Source: an uncultured Spirochaetota bacterium
GTDB lineage: Bacteria > Spirochaetota > Brevinematia > Brevinematales > JAOACQ01
Reading direction: 5' to 3'
Assembly (NCBI GenBank): GCA_963768055.1
Contig: CAVYGN010000002.1
Location: 1,824,112 to 1,888,111, forward strand
Length of the DNA: 64,000 nucleotides
In this document: positions 19,871-30,717 of the stretch, piece by piece
Layout of the letters: each line of letters starts with the position of its first letter
How positions within the stretch are numbered: position 1 is the first letter of the stretch
The notes under the pieces: model-generated
What the model was told of the DNA's origin: nothing
Seen by the model: the letters and a program-made list of their open reading frames with translations, nothing else
Databases searched by the model: none
Made by a program: the position numbers and the translations under genes

Positions 19871-20915
19871 ATGGAGAAAAATCTTTATGAAACTTTATTA
19901 GGAATCGCTCAAAACTTTGAATTTACCGATATTGACAAAGTTAATGTGGGTGCTTTGAAAAGAAAATCAAAGTCTGAGCTTTATTATAACAGGTTTATAT
20001 TTACTTCTTTAGCTCATATTCCTGATCGAGTAAAAAAAAATCCTGAGAAGTATTTCAAACACTGTTTCTATTGTTTTAAAGATGATCTTAATATTATTTA
20101 TAATGAGAGAGGGGGGTTCGGACAATAAACATTCATGGTTTATGTGGCTAATCAACAATTATCAACTAATCTGGGAAGCTTATTATAGAAGGTGGAATGG
20201 TGATTTCGATCCTACTGAGTATAAACTGGCATTCAGCCATAAACAAGTTGTAGAAGCAAAATTCCAAGGTTTCAAATATTGCTATGAAAGTGGCTACTGG
20301 AACCATAGAGAATATAGACTCAGTAATAATTGTCTACTAATAGGAAAAAGTAACATGTTGTACCTTGATATACCGATTGAAGATCAAGACAATATAGAAG
20401 GGCAAGTGTATAAAAAGATTGATGATGTTTTGCGACTTGGTGTCTTCCAGACTACCAATGAGAAAGAACGAAAGATTATTCATGACCGATTCAAATTTAA
20501 AGAGATGGAATTTGATATTTATTACAATAGTAAACCTCTTTTTGAGACATTACTCCATGAAGATGAATATCACTATGAAACAACTGCCTACCTCAAGGTA
20601 AATAAATCATCTGAACTTTATTCCTACAATGTTACTGCTAAGAAAGAAAGAAGAGACTATAACCTACCAGATGATCTCTATAAAATAGAATTGCGGTTGA
20701 AGTTTCCGTACTTCAAGGAATTGTTTAAGGTTTATCCCGAAGTAAGAACTTTAAATCCAGTCGAGCTATTTGAATGGTTGAAAAGTAGGACATCAGCTTA
20801 TTCTATTATTAATAAGTCGTTGCGAGAGATAAGGGGAATAGTTGAAGAACCGTATATCCGTTGGAAGATTCTGGATGATTTAAATAGGGAGTGGAGAGAA
20901 CTGAAAGCCTCGTAG
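19871..20915 (+). CDS. Probable replication initiator (Rep_trans-like), split by a frameshift near the G6 run at 20111-20116
   Basis: Strong RBS before 19871; removing one G fuses the 85 and 277 aa ORFs; LYSYNVTAK...YKIELRLK resembles rolling-circle Rep motifs; hairpin cluster follows. Confidence 0.5.
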
Positions 20916-20919
20916 CTGG

Positions 20920-21129
20920 AACTTTGATGCCGAAGGCAGCAAAGTTAGTTCCCCGAAACGCGAAGCGTTTAAGTTGTTTACTGCGGGCCCGCAGGACCGC
21001 AGTAAACCCCCTTTAAGGGGTTATAGTTGGCGCTAACAGTTGACCCGCAGGTCAACTGCACAACTTTTGGGTCTCAGTTCCCCAAAAGTTGCCCGTTACA
21101 TTGGGGGTCTCAGTCCCCCCCAATGTAAC
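20920..21129. other. Cluster of about 8 back-to-back hairpins, putative single-/double-strand origin
   Basis: AAACGC-GAA-GCGTTT; GTTTACTGCGG/CCGCAGTAAAC; CAGTTGACC/GGTCAACTG; CAACTTTTGGG/CCCAAAAGTTG; GTTACATTGGGGG/CCCCCAATGTAAC. Confidence 0.7.
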
Positions 21130-21617
21130 CCAGAAAATTTATTGACCAATAGCAGAGTATTTCAAACCCCCATTTTGAATATTTGATAGCCTTTTGATTC
21201 AGGATAAATTGGGGGATTTGAATTTCTAAATCTTATACAACTGTGAAATTACTTTTTATCAAAGACGTGCATTTTCATTTTCTCTGCCTGCTTTAAAGTA
21301 TGGTTATTTCCTTGCAGGTACACTAACAGTCTCTTTTTTAGGGGTGTGGATAACAAGCTGAAGACTTGACATAATCTGGTATGGTTATAAATACTTAAGC
21401 TATCTGTTTAGGGAGGGTAGGTTGTTTAAAATTATGGCTAAGATCATTGAGGATTTTGCAGCGATTATAACTTTGGGATAATATTAGATAATGGATAGAA
21501 TGACCATAATATATTGACTTCATGAGATGAAAGAACTATACTTCCAATGGGGGTAGATCATTGCTTATGCCGGACACTTTAAGATATTTTTTCAAACAAG
21601 ATTAAGGGAGGTCTTCT

Positions 21618-22149
21618 ATGTCTAATTATTTCACCCTTGTATCCCATCATATACAAGATCAAGGTCAGAGAGATGAATTTTATCAAGAAGTCCAGTTCCC
21701 TAACAGAAATTTATCAATTGGCTGGGGTGAAGTAAACCATTTTGGGAAAGATTATGATAAGATAAAACATGATATAGATCTTCAATACCCAGTTTTTAAA
21801 GGAACAAATAATCCGGATAACGGAGGCAAGTCTTTATCTATGTTTTGTTCTTTACAGCCCGGTGATATCGTATTCGTTAGAGGGAATGCTAAAATAATCG
21901 ATGTCGTAGTTATAACAGGAGCCCCGTCTTATGATTATAATCAAGGGGATTATAAAACAAATAACTATTGTACAAAGATTCCTTTCGTGCCATTGTTCGA
22001 GGACACCAGAATGAGGATTTTGACAATTGATATTCCGGCTGATATTAGAGAACAGGTCCTTTTTGAAGGAGGTAAAGCTTGTAATGAGAAGAATTGAAGA
22101 AAATATAGCCTTACGCCTGCTTCAAATGATAATTGAACAACTTAATTAA
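21618..22149 (+). CDS. Hypothetical protein resembling N-terminal DNA-reading domains of restriction enzymes; probable frameshift near 22075
   Basis: LSIGWG...LQPGDIVFV pattern; alternative frame continues LVMRRIEENIALRLLQMIIEQLN to TAA 22149. Confidence 0.45.
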
Positions 22150-22166
22150 AAGGGAGGTTAAGAAAC

Positions 22167-22415
22167 ATGCCGAACAAGAAAGAAACCGGAAAGAGAGCTG
22201 CAAGTAATGCATCCAAGACTTTGACAAGTAAATCAACTAGCAAAACTTCAAAGGTAGCTGCTGGGAGCGCTTTGTCACAGAGAAAGGCCCCCAAGAAAGA
22301 GACCTCATCTCGAGCTGCTTCAGCTGCATCAAAAACCCTTCGTGATGGCAGGACAAGCAAAGCATCCAAGTCTGCAGCTGGAAGTGCTTTGGCTCAAAAA
22401 CCTAAAAGGAAGTAA
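22167..22415 (+). CDS. Small basic Ser/Ala/Lys-rich repeat protein, putative DNA-binding
   Basis: Two internal repeats KET..RAAS.ASKTL...AAGSAL.Q; GGAGG RBS. Confidence 0.75.
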   Translation: MPNKKETGKRAASNASKTLTSKSTSKTSKVAAGSALSQRKAPKKETSSRAASAASKTLRDGRTSKASKSAAGSALAQKPKRK

Positions 22416-23017
22416 TCAGACTTAAACCTTAGTAAAGCCACCCTCTGTTCTCACCAAGATCAATCAACAATAACTCTGGAAAACCTTAAAGGTAAAGTCT
22501 TTTCCACAAGGAAATAGCCAAAACAGATTCCTTTTATTCCATAACGGTAACATGGATAATAGACAGACAACTGATCTGAAACATATGGTTGTACCCAAAA
22601 GTACAGGTGTGGATTCAAAAGTACACCCTATGACCTTGAAGTTCAGAAACTACAAAAAAAGGTAAATAAATTGATTCAGATGGAACACCCTTGTTGAAAG
22701 CATTAGTGTTTTGTGTCACATCTCGGAACTCAGCCCGTAGGCTTCGTTAAGGTTATTTTTGGTTCAGTGGGGTTATTCTTGCACTTAGGGAAAACATAAC
22801 CGGAAGGAGACTATTAAATATCTACAAATGGATGAAGAATGATAATCCCAACATCACAGGTTAAAAAGCTAAAGCAAAAGGAAAGGAAAGAAGGGAATTG
22901 GCACAGCGTTAGCAGAAATCCTATTTGTGTTTTATTGTTAGAACAAAGATTAAATAGAAATAACTGGAAATCATATATAATTATTATTACTATGCCAGAA
23001 ATACTTTTGTCAATGCT

Positions 23018-23683
23018 TTGTTCTCTGAAGGAATAACTTTATATCACTCCGAGCATTCAGATGAACTAATCAATAAAATTCAACAGAATATTCCTGAAAT
23101 AGTGGTTTTGGATGTTATTAATGAAGATTTTACTGGCATATTTGAACTTGTAAAACAAATAAAGAATCATTCATCTGATGAAATGAAAAAGACAGCGATA
23201 ATTCTTCTTATAGGCTCTATCGACAAACAAACAATTACTTCCGCAATTCAGGCCGGAGTAATTGGATTTATTAAAAGCAATGCTGCAGTAGATTTTGTTT
23301 ACAAATATATTATGGATACTTATCAAAAGGTCCGGGGGGTTCCCCCTGAAAGAAAATATGTGAGGATTAAAATCGAATCTAATGACAGGATCGGCATCAA
23401 ATTCCGGTCTCCTGTGAATTCACGGCTTATTATCGGTCAAATTAAAGATATCAGCTTCGGCGATATCGCTGTAGAATTAGCCGGTACATTCCCCCCTGAA
23501 TCAATAGCCAACGGATCGGAGATAAAGAATATGCAGTTCATTTTAGAAGGAAAGGATGTGTTTATCGATGGAATTGTGGTTGTTTATCAAAATAAATTTT
23601 GCGCATTTAGATTTAAAGACATGACGACAGAAATAAAAGAAATCATTTCTCAGTATGTTTTTAAAAAAATATGCTGTATATAA
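23018..23683 (+). CDS. Receiver + PilZ domain protein, 5' end probably degraded
   Basis: VVLD receiver motif, RKYVR and DISFGD PilZ-like motifs; no clean start. Confidence 0.7.
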   Translation: MFSEGITLYHSEHSDELINKIQQNIPEIVVLDVINEDFTGIFELVKQIKNHSSDEMKKTAIILLIGSIDKQTITSAIQAGVIGFIKSNAAVDFVYKYIMDTYQKVRGVPPERKYVRIKIESNDRIGIKFRSPVNSRLIIGQIKDISFGDIAVELAGTFPPESIANGSEIKNMQFILEGKDVFIDGIVVVYQNKFCAFRFKDMTTEIKEIISQYVFKKICCI

Positions 23684-24122
23684 GAAAATTTGCCTATTAA
23701 GTTAAATCAGTAACTTGTTTAAATCTTGTTAGTTTATGCTTACGATATTTTGCATTTCCCCAAAAATTTCAGATTCGAGTAATATTTCCAAATCAAAATC
23801 TGAATGATTAAAATTAAAATTCTGATCTATAAAATAATAGAGAGGAGTAATAATCGTATACCATGGCTATGAAAGAGCCGTTCGTGGGGTATTTATTTAA
23901 AAAAGATATTTATCTGAAATTACTGAAAGAAGTCTACGAAGGCTGTGATGAATATGGTTGATGATTGGTTTTTAATATGATAGTACTCCGGAGGGGGATT
24001 CAAAATCTGAGAATAAATGAAAAAAGTCCACAAAGGAAGTGATACTTGGGTTCGTGGGGAGGTTAAAAAAAAGTATTTTTAAGAATCTGAAATTTTCATT
24101 CAAATTTATAAATAAATGTAAA

Positions 24123-24204
24123 ATAAGTAGCGAAAAACCTTTGATTTTCTGAATGACTTGTTTTATAATAATATAAGTAGCGAAAATAGAATATTTCGCT
24201 ATTT
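24123..24204 (+). promoter_or_regulatory. Recombinase promoter with flanking binding sites
   Basis: TTGATT-17-TATAAT (24141-24169); ATAAGTAGCGAAAA twice; AAGTAGCGAAA-8bp-TTTCGCTATTT inverted repeat at 24175-24204. Confidence 0.7.
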
Positions 24205-24214
24205 AGAGGTTTTT

Positions 24215-24859
24215 ATGGAATTAACAGTTTTTCTTGAAGATGAGGAAATTGAACGGCTATTAAGAGCGTTTAATCTTAGAATGAGAAACGGCATTATGAT
24301 GAATGCCATTATCCGGTTAATGGGCTATTGTGGGCTTCGAGCTTCAGAATGTATCGGGCATGAAAAGAGAGCAGGGGGAGGTTTACGGATTCAGGACGTA
24401 AACCTGAACACAGGTCAAATTACCATAAGAGATTCAAAAGATACAAGAGGTAAAGATCAACGACGTAGGAAGACGAAGAATGGCCGGATCGTATTTGCTG
24501 GTGGTGAGACCCTCGAGGCTCTAAGAAAATGGTGGACAGATATTCGGGCAATACAATCAATGCTGGAGCCTTATGATGATGATTATTTTTTTGTGAATAG
24601 AAATGGAATGAAGATTTCCAATGCTCAGCTTCGGAAAACCATCCGAATTTATGCCGAGAAAGCAGGGATCCCGCCTGAGAAACGGCACGCTCATGCCCTG
24701 AGACATAGTGCCGGCACCCGTTTTTACAGGGAAACGAAGGATCTGTTAACTGTCCAGAAAATTCTCGGTCATTCATCACCAACAGATACAGCACGTTATG
24801 CTCATGTCACCGGAGCTGATGTTGAAGAAATTATGCGGAGAGTCCAGAAAAAGAATTGA
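24215..24859 (+). CDS. Small tyrosine recombinase, catalytic domain only (FimB/ResD-like size)
   Basis: GLRASE, KTKNG, HALRH, LGH and RYAH catalytic motifs; GAGG RBS before ATG 24215. Confidence 0.92.
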   Translation: MELTVFLEDEEIERLLRAFNLRMRNGIMMNAIIRLMGYCGLRASECIGHEKRAGGGLRIQDVNLNTGQITIRDSKDTRGKDQRRRKTKNGRIVFAGGETLEALRKWWTDIRAIQSMLEPYDDDYFFVNRNGMKISNAQLRKTIRIYAEKAGIPPEKRHAHALRHSAGTRFYRETKDLLTVQKILGHSSPTDTARYAHVTGADVEEIMRRVQKKN

Positions 24860-25664
24860 CTTTTCATATCACCATAATATTTTCCTATGAAAATTACTAA
24901 ACTGGTTTCTTTTAGGTTAATTCTCAAAATGAAACGGTGCATGGGGGCAGTAAGACTATAACTATGACTTCACCACTGTGAAGTATGGACAGGAAAGCAG
25001 CTGCTGAAGTTCGTAAAAGTTCAGCCTCTATTCCCGCATTGGTGCCATGGAATTTTGCCAACATCCCAAATTGTATCTTACCATTGGATTTCCAGTCGTC
25101 GCCTCGTCGTCATTCATCCCAAGAATTCCCGATCTATGTAGACTGGAGCTTAAATCGCTCCTGATAACTTTAATGAGTGTCGTTTTTATGGCTCTGCCCG
25201 CAAACAGATTGTTTTGTATAAGTTCCTGGTCCTTACACGCAGGCACTCTATGTCCGGTAGTACTTTGTCGTCATACCGCTAACAGGACTGAAAAAGCTAA
25301 TCAACCTGTAGATTATTGATTATGTTAGGGGTCGATCCAATGATCAGATGTCCCTCGGTAATACGAATCTTGCTATGGAAGTGGATGAACCTACATTTAG
25401 GTGTCGACATACCCCCCGCCAGTAATTGATATTATTGCGGATTTCCTCCGCCTGGTCGATGGTATAATTCTGTCCCAGAATAAGTGCATCGTCTGCTGTT
25501 ATCCATGCAGACAGCTTTGCCTGGGCCTGTTCTGTTCTTGTGTTATTGCGGACATACGTGCAGGTTTGTTAGATAAGAAAATTAATTGAATTGATTAAAA
25601 ATATGATTTTTTAAATCTCCTGTAATTTTTAAGGACAAAGGGAGATAACAGGAGAAAAGAATTT

Positions 25665-26714
25665 TTAAGGATCAAGATATTTTTCAGCATCTTTATCAAA
25701 CCATTCCGCTTCATGTAAATATTCTTTTCCAATTTCTTTTAAAAATTTAGATGTTTCAGGCCAATTAACTTCCAATAATTTAGAGTTATTGAAGTAGGCA
25801 TCAGCTAATTCTTTTTCTTGACGGCCACCTTCCTGTAGGCTCCTTGTTGTGGCTCCACGTGAATTATATTTCCCAATTGATAAACCAGTTTTAATTCTTT
25901 CATAACCTTTCTCAATAAATTCTCTTGCAATTAAACATGGCCAAATTTTATCATTTGGAGGTGGAACTCGGGAAAGTATTTCACCAATTTTATCCTCGGA
26001 TATACTTTTTCTATTATTTATTTCAGCATAAGTTATTGCTTTATCACACCAAGCTCTAAGATAATCATCCCTTGTTTTCTCTTCCTTTATGTTGAATCCA
26101 GGATAAGTATGCCAATTTTTTAATACATTAAATGCAAATTGGGCATTTAAAACGGAACTTTCATTAACTTCAGTTTCTGCTTTATCCTCACCTTCAGGTT
26201 TATAAATATTACATATTAATTCTACAAAACTTTCCGGATTATCATTTATGTCCTGTGAAATGAACTTTGGTTGGACTATTGAATATTCAAGTAAAGGAAG
26301 ATAGGCTATTTCCATATGAATTACCCTTTCAGTTGGCAAATCAGTAAACTTATATAAAGCATTAAAAATATTCTCAATATAATGAGTACTTAACGAATCA
26401 CTGAGTATAATATTCCGTTTATCTTCTGGTATGGTTAATACTTTTTCTAATAAAGATAAATAATCATCAAAAGCTGCAAATTTTTCAATATCTATATTAC
26501 CACTGCCTAAAATTACAATTAACAAATCAAACCTTTCATATTTAATAAGATATTCTTTTACCTTGATAAATATTTCATTTGATTTAATCCATTGTGGGAA
26601 AAAATAATGTAATTTGTTCCAATATCTTTCTTGAACTAAGTGATACTTTTCAAGAAGAGCAAGAATTCTATTATCAAAATCCAGATGGAATATTATATCT
26701 GTTGCAGTTACATG
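25665..26714 (-). pseudogene. C-terminal fragment of a large island protein, truncated by IS3
   Basis: ORF runs into the IS end; C-terminal GKYNSRG...EGGRQE.ELA...WPETS motif recalls large proteins of defence-rich islands. Confidence 0.65.
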
Positions 26715-26777
26715 TGACCCGCTCCCCAAAATTTGGTCCAACTTATATGTTAGTATATAATATAAGGAGGACATTTT

Positions 26778-27074
26778 ATGGCGAAGAAAGGTTTCACACC
26801 GGAACAGATTATTCAGAAACTCAGGGAAGTCGAAGTTAACCAGTCAAAGGGCATGAGCATGGCCGAATGTATCAGGCAAATCGAAGTAACAGAACAAACC
26901 TATTACCGCTGGAGGAAAGAATACGGCGGTATGAGGACAGACCAGGCCAAAAGGCTCAATGAACTGGAAAAGGAAAATAGCAGGCTCAAAAGGATAGTAG
27001 CTGATAAAGAGCTTGACATACAGATACTCAAAGAATTCATGAGGGTTGAATCAAAAAACTCCTCAGCCCGGTAA
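26778..27074 (+). CDS. IS3 transposase OrfA
   Basis: HTH segment TEQTYYRWRKEYGGM and leucine zipper. Confidence 0.9.
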   Translation: MAKKGFTPEQIIQKLREVEVNQSKGMSMAECIRQIEVTEQTYYRWRKEYGGMRTDQAKRLNELEKENSRLKRIVADKELDIQILKEFMRVESKNSSAR

Positions 27075-27268
27075 AGAGAAATTTAACAGTCATTGAGGTT
27101 TGTAATAATCTCGAAATATCTCAACGCCGGGCTTGCCTGACAATCGATCTCTGGAGAAGTTCAGTAAGATACCAACCAAAGAAAACAGATGAAGAAGAAA
27201 GGCTGACGGAAGACATTATCAAACTGGCGACGTCTTACGGCCGCTATGGATATAAAAGGATCACATCG

Positions 27269-27904
27269 ATGCTCAGGGAAGAAGGATGGAGGGTCAATCA
27301 CAAGAGGGTTCTAAGGATATGGCGCAAAGAGGGGCTAAAAGTCCCCAAAAGGCATCCGAAGAGAAAAAGACTGTGGCTTAACGATGAATCCTGTGTAAGG
27401 TTAAGGGCCGAACATCGCAATCATGTATGGAGTTATGACTTTGTCCAGGACAGGACAAGCGACGGCAGGCCGATAAAAATATTGACCCTTGTTGATGAAT
27501 ATACCAGGGAAGCGCTGGCTGTGGATGTAGAAAGGCAAATAAAGTATCCCTATTTAATAGACAGATTATCGGAACTGTTTATTGAAAAGGGAACGCCTGA
27601 ATATATCCGGAGCGACAACGGGTCTGAATTCATCGCCAAACCGCTCCGGAAATGGCTTAAAAGTGTGAACGTAAAAACCCTCTACATAGAACCTGGAAGC
27701 CCCTGGGAAAACGGATATGTTGAATCGTTCAACGGAAGACTCAGGGATGAATTTCTTAACGGAGAACAATTCGATACGCTTTTTGAAGCTAAAGTATTGA
27801 CCGAGAGATGGAGGAGGGAGTATAATACAGTAAGACCTCACAGCTCACTGGGTTACCGTCCACCGGCCCCGGAGGCTATTTTTTTGGCTGCAAAAGCTTC
27901 TTAA
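27269..27904 (+). CDS. IS3 transposase OrfB (DDE), joined to OrfA by frameshift
   Basis: WSYDFV, SDNGSEF and NGYVESFNG motifs. Confidence 0.92.
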   Translation: MLREEGWRVNHKRVLRIWRKEGLKVPKRHPKRKRLWLNDESCVRLRAEHRNHVWSYDFVQDRTSDGRPIKILTLVDEYTREALAVDVERQIKYPYLIDRLSELFIEKGTPEYIRSDNGSEFIAKPLRKWLKSVNVKTLYIEPGSPWENGYVESFNGRLRDEFLNGEQFDTLFEAKVLTERWRREYNTVRPHSSLGYRPPAPEAIFLAAKAS

Positions 27905-27943
27905 ACTAACTTATAAACTGGACCAAAGAATGGGGAGAGGTCA

Positions 27944-29335
27944 CATATAGAAAGCGCTGGACAACTATTTAAACATAGTGAAATGAAATACTTACCTAAT
28001 TTATCTAATAATATAAAATGTGGCAATTCTCTTATAGCCAGCGATTTTTATGAAAGCAAGGACAGCCTTTTTGATAAAGAAACCTTAAGATTAATTAATG
28101 CATTTGATTGGGTTGGCTCCAACGGTTTTAAAAAAATCATGGATGAAGGTGGTTTTGATTGTGTGATAGGGAATCCTCCTTGGGGTAGTTTTATTTCAGA
28201 AGAAGAAAAAAAATATTTAATTAAAAAATTTAAGAATAAAAAAGGAGAAGCGGAATCACATTTATATTTTATTGAAAAAGGTATGATATTATTAAATCAA
28301 AGTGGTTTGTTAGGCTATATAACACCTAATACTTGGTTAACAGTTATAAATTCAGCGGAAATAAGAAATTATTTACTTCAAAATTATTCAATTAAACATA
28401 TTCGAGAGTTATCAAAATATATATTCAAAGATGCTCCTGATATAGTTCCTATTCTTGTTTTTATTTCAAAGGATAAGAGCAATAAAACATGTGATGCACA
28501 ATTATCAACAGAAATAAAAATTCAAGAATCTAATTTCAAACTATCCTTTATTTCTAATAAAATTAACCAAGAAACCTGGCTTAATAGTAATATGAGTATT
28601 ATTAACTTAAGATTATCTAAAAGTGTTAAGAGTATTTTAAATAAATGTAATGAAATAAAAAATCATTTAATTGATCTTACAGATATTTTATATGGAATAA
28701 AAACAGGAGATAATGAAAAATATTTATCATTTCAACCTTTTGAAAATAATTGTGTAAAAGCTTTGAAGACAGGTGAAATTAAGCGTTATTATTTAGAATG
28801 GAAAGGTTTATATCTTAAATGGAATCCCAATCTTGCAGGCTATAGACAAACCCCTGTTGATATTCCAAAGATTATTATTCAATATATAAGAAAAATAAGC
28901 ATGCCAAGAAGAATTATTGCTGCTTTAGATGAAGATGGGGTTTATTATCCGTTGAATAATTACTCTTATGTAATATTAAAACCGAATCAAGTCTTTTCAT
29001 TAAAGTACATACTCGGAATTCTTAATTCTAATCTCATAAATTATTATTTCTCAAATACATTTATTGATTACAATATTAAACCTACTTATCTTCAGTTATT
29101 GCCAATAGTAAATATTGATTTAAATGATAAAATACTCTTGAATACTTATTCAACAATAATTTCTCTTGTCGATCAAATGATTGCCACACAAAAAAGTCTT
29201 CAAATTGCTCAAATCGAACAGGATAAGGTATTATTAAACCAACAATTTGAAATTCTTAATAAAAAAATAGATAAATTGGTTTATGAACTTTATGGTCTAA
29301 CAGAAGAGGAAATTAAGGTGGTGGAGGGGGAATGA
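27944..29335 (+). pseudogene. 3' half of a type IIG (Eco57I/TaqI-C-like) restriction-modification gene, truncated by IS3
   Basis: NIKCGNSL, VIGNPPW (motif IV), C-terminal IDKLVYELYGLTEEEI; motif I absent; frame open from the IS end. Confidence 0.85.
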
Positions 29336-29426
29336 TTTTAAAAAGTTTGATTTTTACTTATAAGTTTTATTTATCAGATGTATAAGAATTTTATTGGTCT
29401 GACTGAGTGTGTCAAGGTAGTGGCAG

Positions 29427-30290
29427 ATGAATGAAAATGAATTTGAAATTTATTATGTGAAACATATTTATGTAAATACTTTTAAAAAAATAATAGAGGA
29501 ATATGAAAAGTTAAAACGAACAAATCATATTTGGCTTTTCAAGGGTCATAGTGATTCTACCTGGCATTTATCTACTATGTTTGAAAGATGTTTGAGAAAT
29601 TATCCAATTGATAATAAAAAAAAGATTGAGATTGAAAAAGAGATCATAAAAGAATTTGAAAGAAAAGCGGCACTTTATCTTGATGAAATTCCCGACCATA
29701 ATAATTATTTGGAATGGCTGTCCCTAATGCGGCATTATGGAGCTCCATGTAGAGCATTGGATTTTACATATTCATTTTATGTAGCTTTATATTTTGCAAT
29801 AGAAGAAATGAAATGGAATGAGAAAGATAATAAAATAAAGAGTTGTGCTGTTTATGCCATAAACAATAACTTATTTAAGTCATCTAAGCTAAAAAGTAGA
29901 TATTTATTTATGCCAAATATGGATGGATCAGAATTTGATACTGATAAAAAAAGAAAAAAATTTATTTGGGATAAAGATAATCCTGATAATTTTGTGTTCA
30001 ATTTAACTCCTTATTTTTTGAATAAACGGATTACAATTCAACAAGGTACATTCCTTTTACCCTGGAATATTGAAGAAAAATTTGAAGATAATCTAAAAGG
30101 AAATTGTGATTTAAATTGCCCCAAAAAATCCCAACATTATATAAAAAAAATGATTATTACATTAACAAAAAAAGAAAGAAAAGAAATCATTCAAGAACTC
30201 CATAAAATGAATATCAATAAAGCGACATTATTTCCTGGAATTACAGGTTTTGCCGAATCTCTCAGCATTAGGTTGGAACTTGATAAATGA
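29427..30290 (+). CDS. FRG domain protein
   Basis: WLFKGH, MRHYGAPCRALDFT, RITIQQGTF and TLFPG motifs. Confidence 0.88.
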   Translation: MNENEFEIYYVKHIYVNTFKKIIEEYEKLKRTNHIWLFKGHSDSTWHLSTMFERCLRNYPIDNKKKIEIEKEIIKEFERKAALYLDEIPDHNNYLEWLSLMRHYGAPCRALDFTYSFYVALYFAIEEMKWNEKDNKIKSCAVYAINNNLFKSSKLKSRYLFMPNMDGSEFDTDKKRKKFIWDKDNPDNFVFNLTPYFLNKRITIQQGTFLLPWNIEEKFEDNLKGNCDLNCPKKSQHYIKKMIITLTKKERKEIIQELHKMNINKATLFPGITGFAESLSIRLELDK

Positions 30291-30318
30291 TTGCTTTTAG
30301 ATAGGTTGTGAAATGTCA

Positions 30319-30379
30319 GACCCGAATGAATGAACCTGCAGGAGAGTTGTTGAAGCGGATTATTGAGGAGAAGGGATGA
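30319..30379 (+). pseudogene. Relic of a type I R-M specificity subunit (HsdS) C-terminus
   Basis: Reads DPN(D)EPAGELLKRIIEEKG* with a 1-nt insertion. Confidence 0.6.
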
Positions 30380-30652
30380 AATAATGAACAATTTTTCAAT
30401 ATATAAATACTTACCCAACGATTTTGCTGATAACTTTATTACAAAAGGTGAAGTCCTTTTTAGACCTCTAACTTATTTTATAAAAGAATTTAATGAAAAA
30501 ATTACTCTGATATCAGATATTTTTATATTTATACTTATGGCCATGTATTTTATTAGTTCAATATAAACAGGTATATAAATCGGAATTTCCCATTATAATA
30601 AATGTTTTGTCTTTTCCCTCTGCATTTCCATTCCAGCCTGCCACATTGAATT

Positions 30653-30681
30653 TTGATAAAAGCGCCAAGAGGGGATAGAAT
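30653..30681 (+). promoter_or_regulatory. Sigma70-like promoter in junction repeat (copies at 31780-31808, 32367-32395, 33568-33596)
   Basis: TTGATA-17bp-TAGAAT in all four copies. Confidence 0.8.
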
Positions 30682-30717
30682 AAAGGAATGTCAACAAATA
30701 AATTTTAAGGGGAAGAT

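Larger units (their letters stand above)
26715..27943 (+). mobile_element. IS3-family element (IS407-like group)
   Basis: IRs TGACCCGCTCCCCAAAATTTGGTCCA / TGGACCAAAGAATGGGGAGAGGTCA; orfA/orfB with AAAAAAC frameshift site; no clean target duplication. Confidence 0.92.

Noticed and set aside
21345..21353. Perfect DnaA box TGTGGATAA as oriC evidence
   Set aside because: Single copy with no cluster and no dnaA context; could be chance.
24950..25600. Higher-GC stretch with short ORFs, possibly phage-derived
   Set aside because: All frames are interrupted and no family was recognisable by eye.
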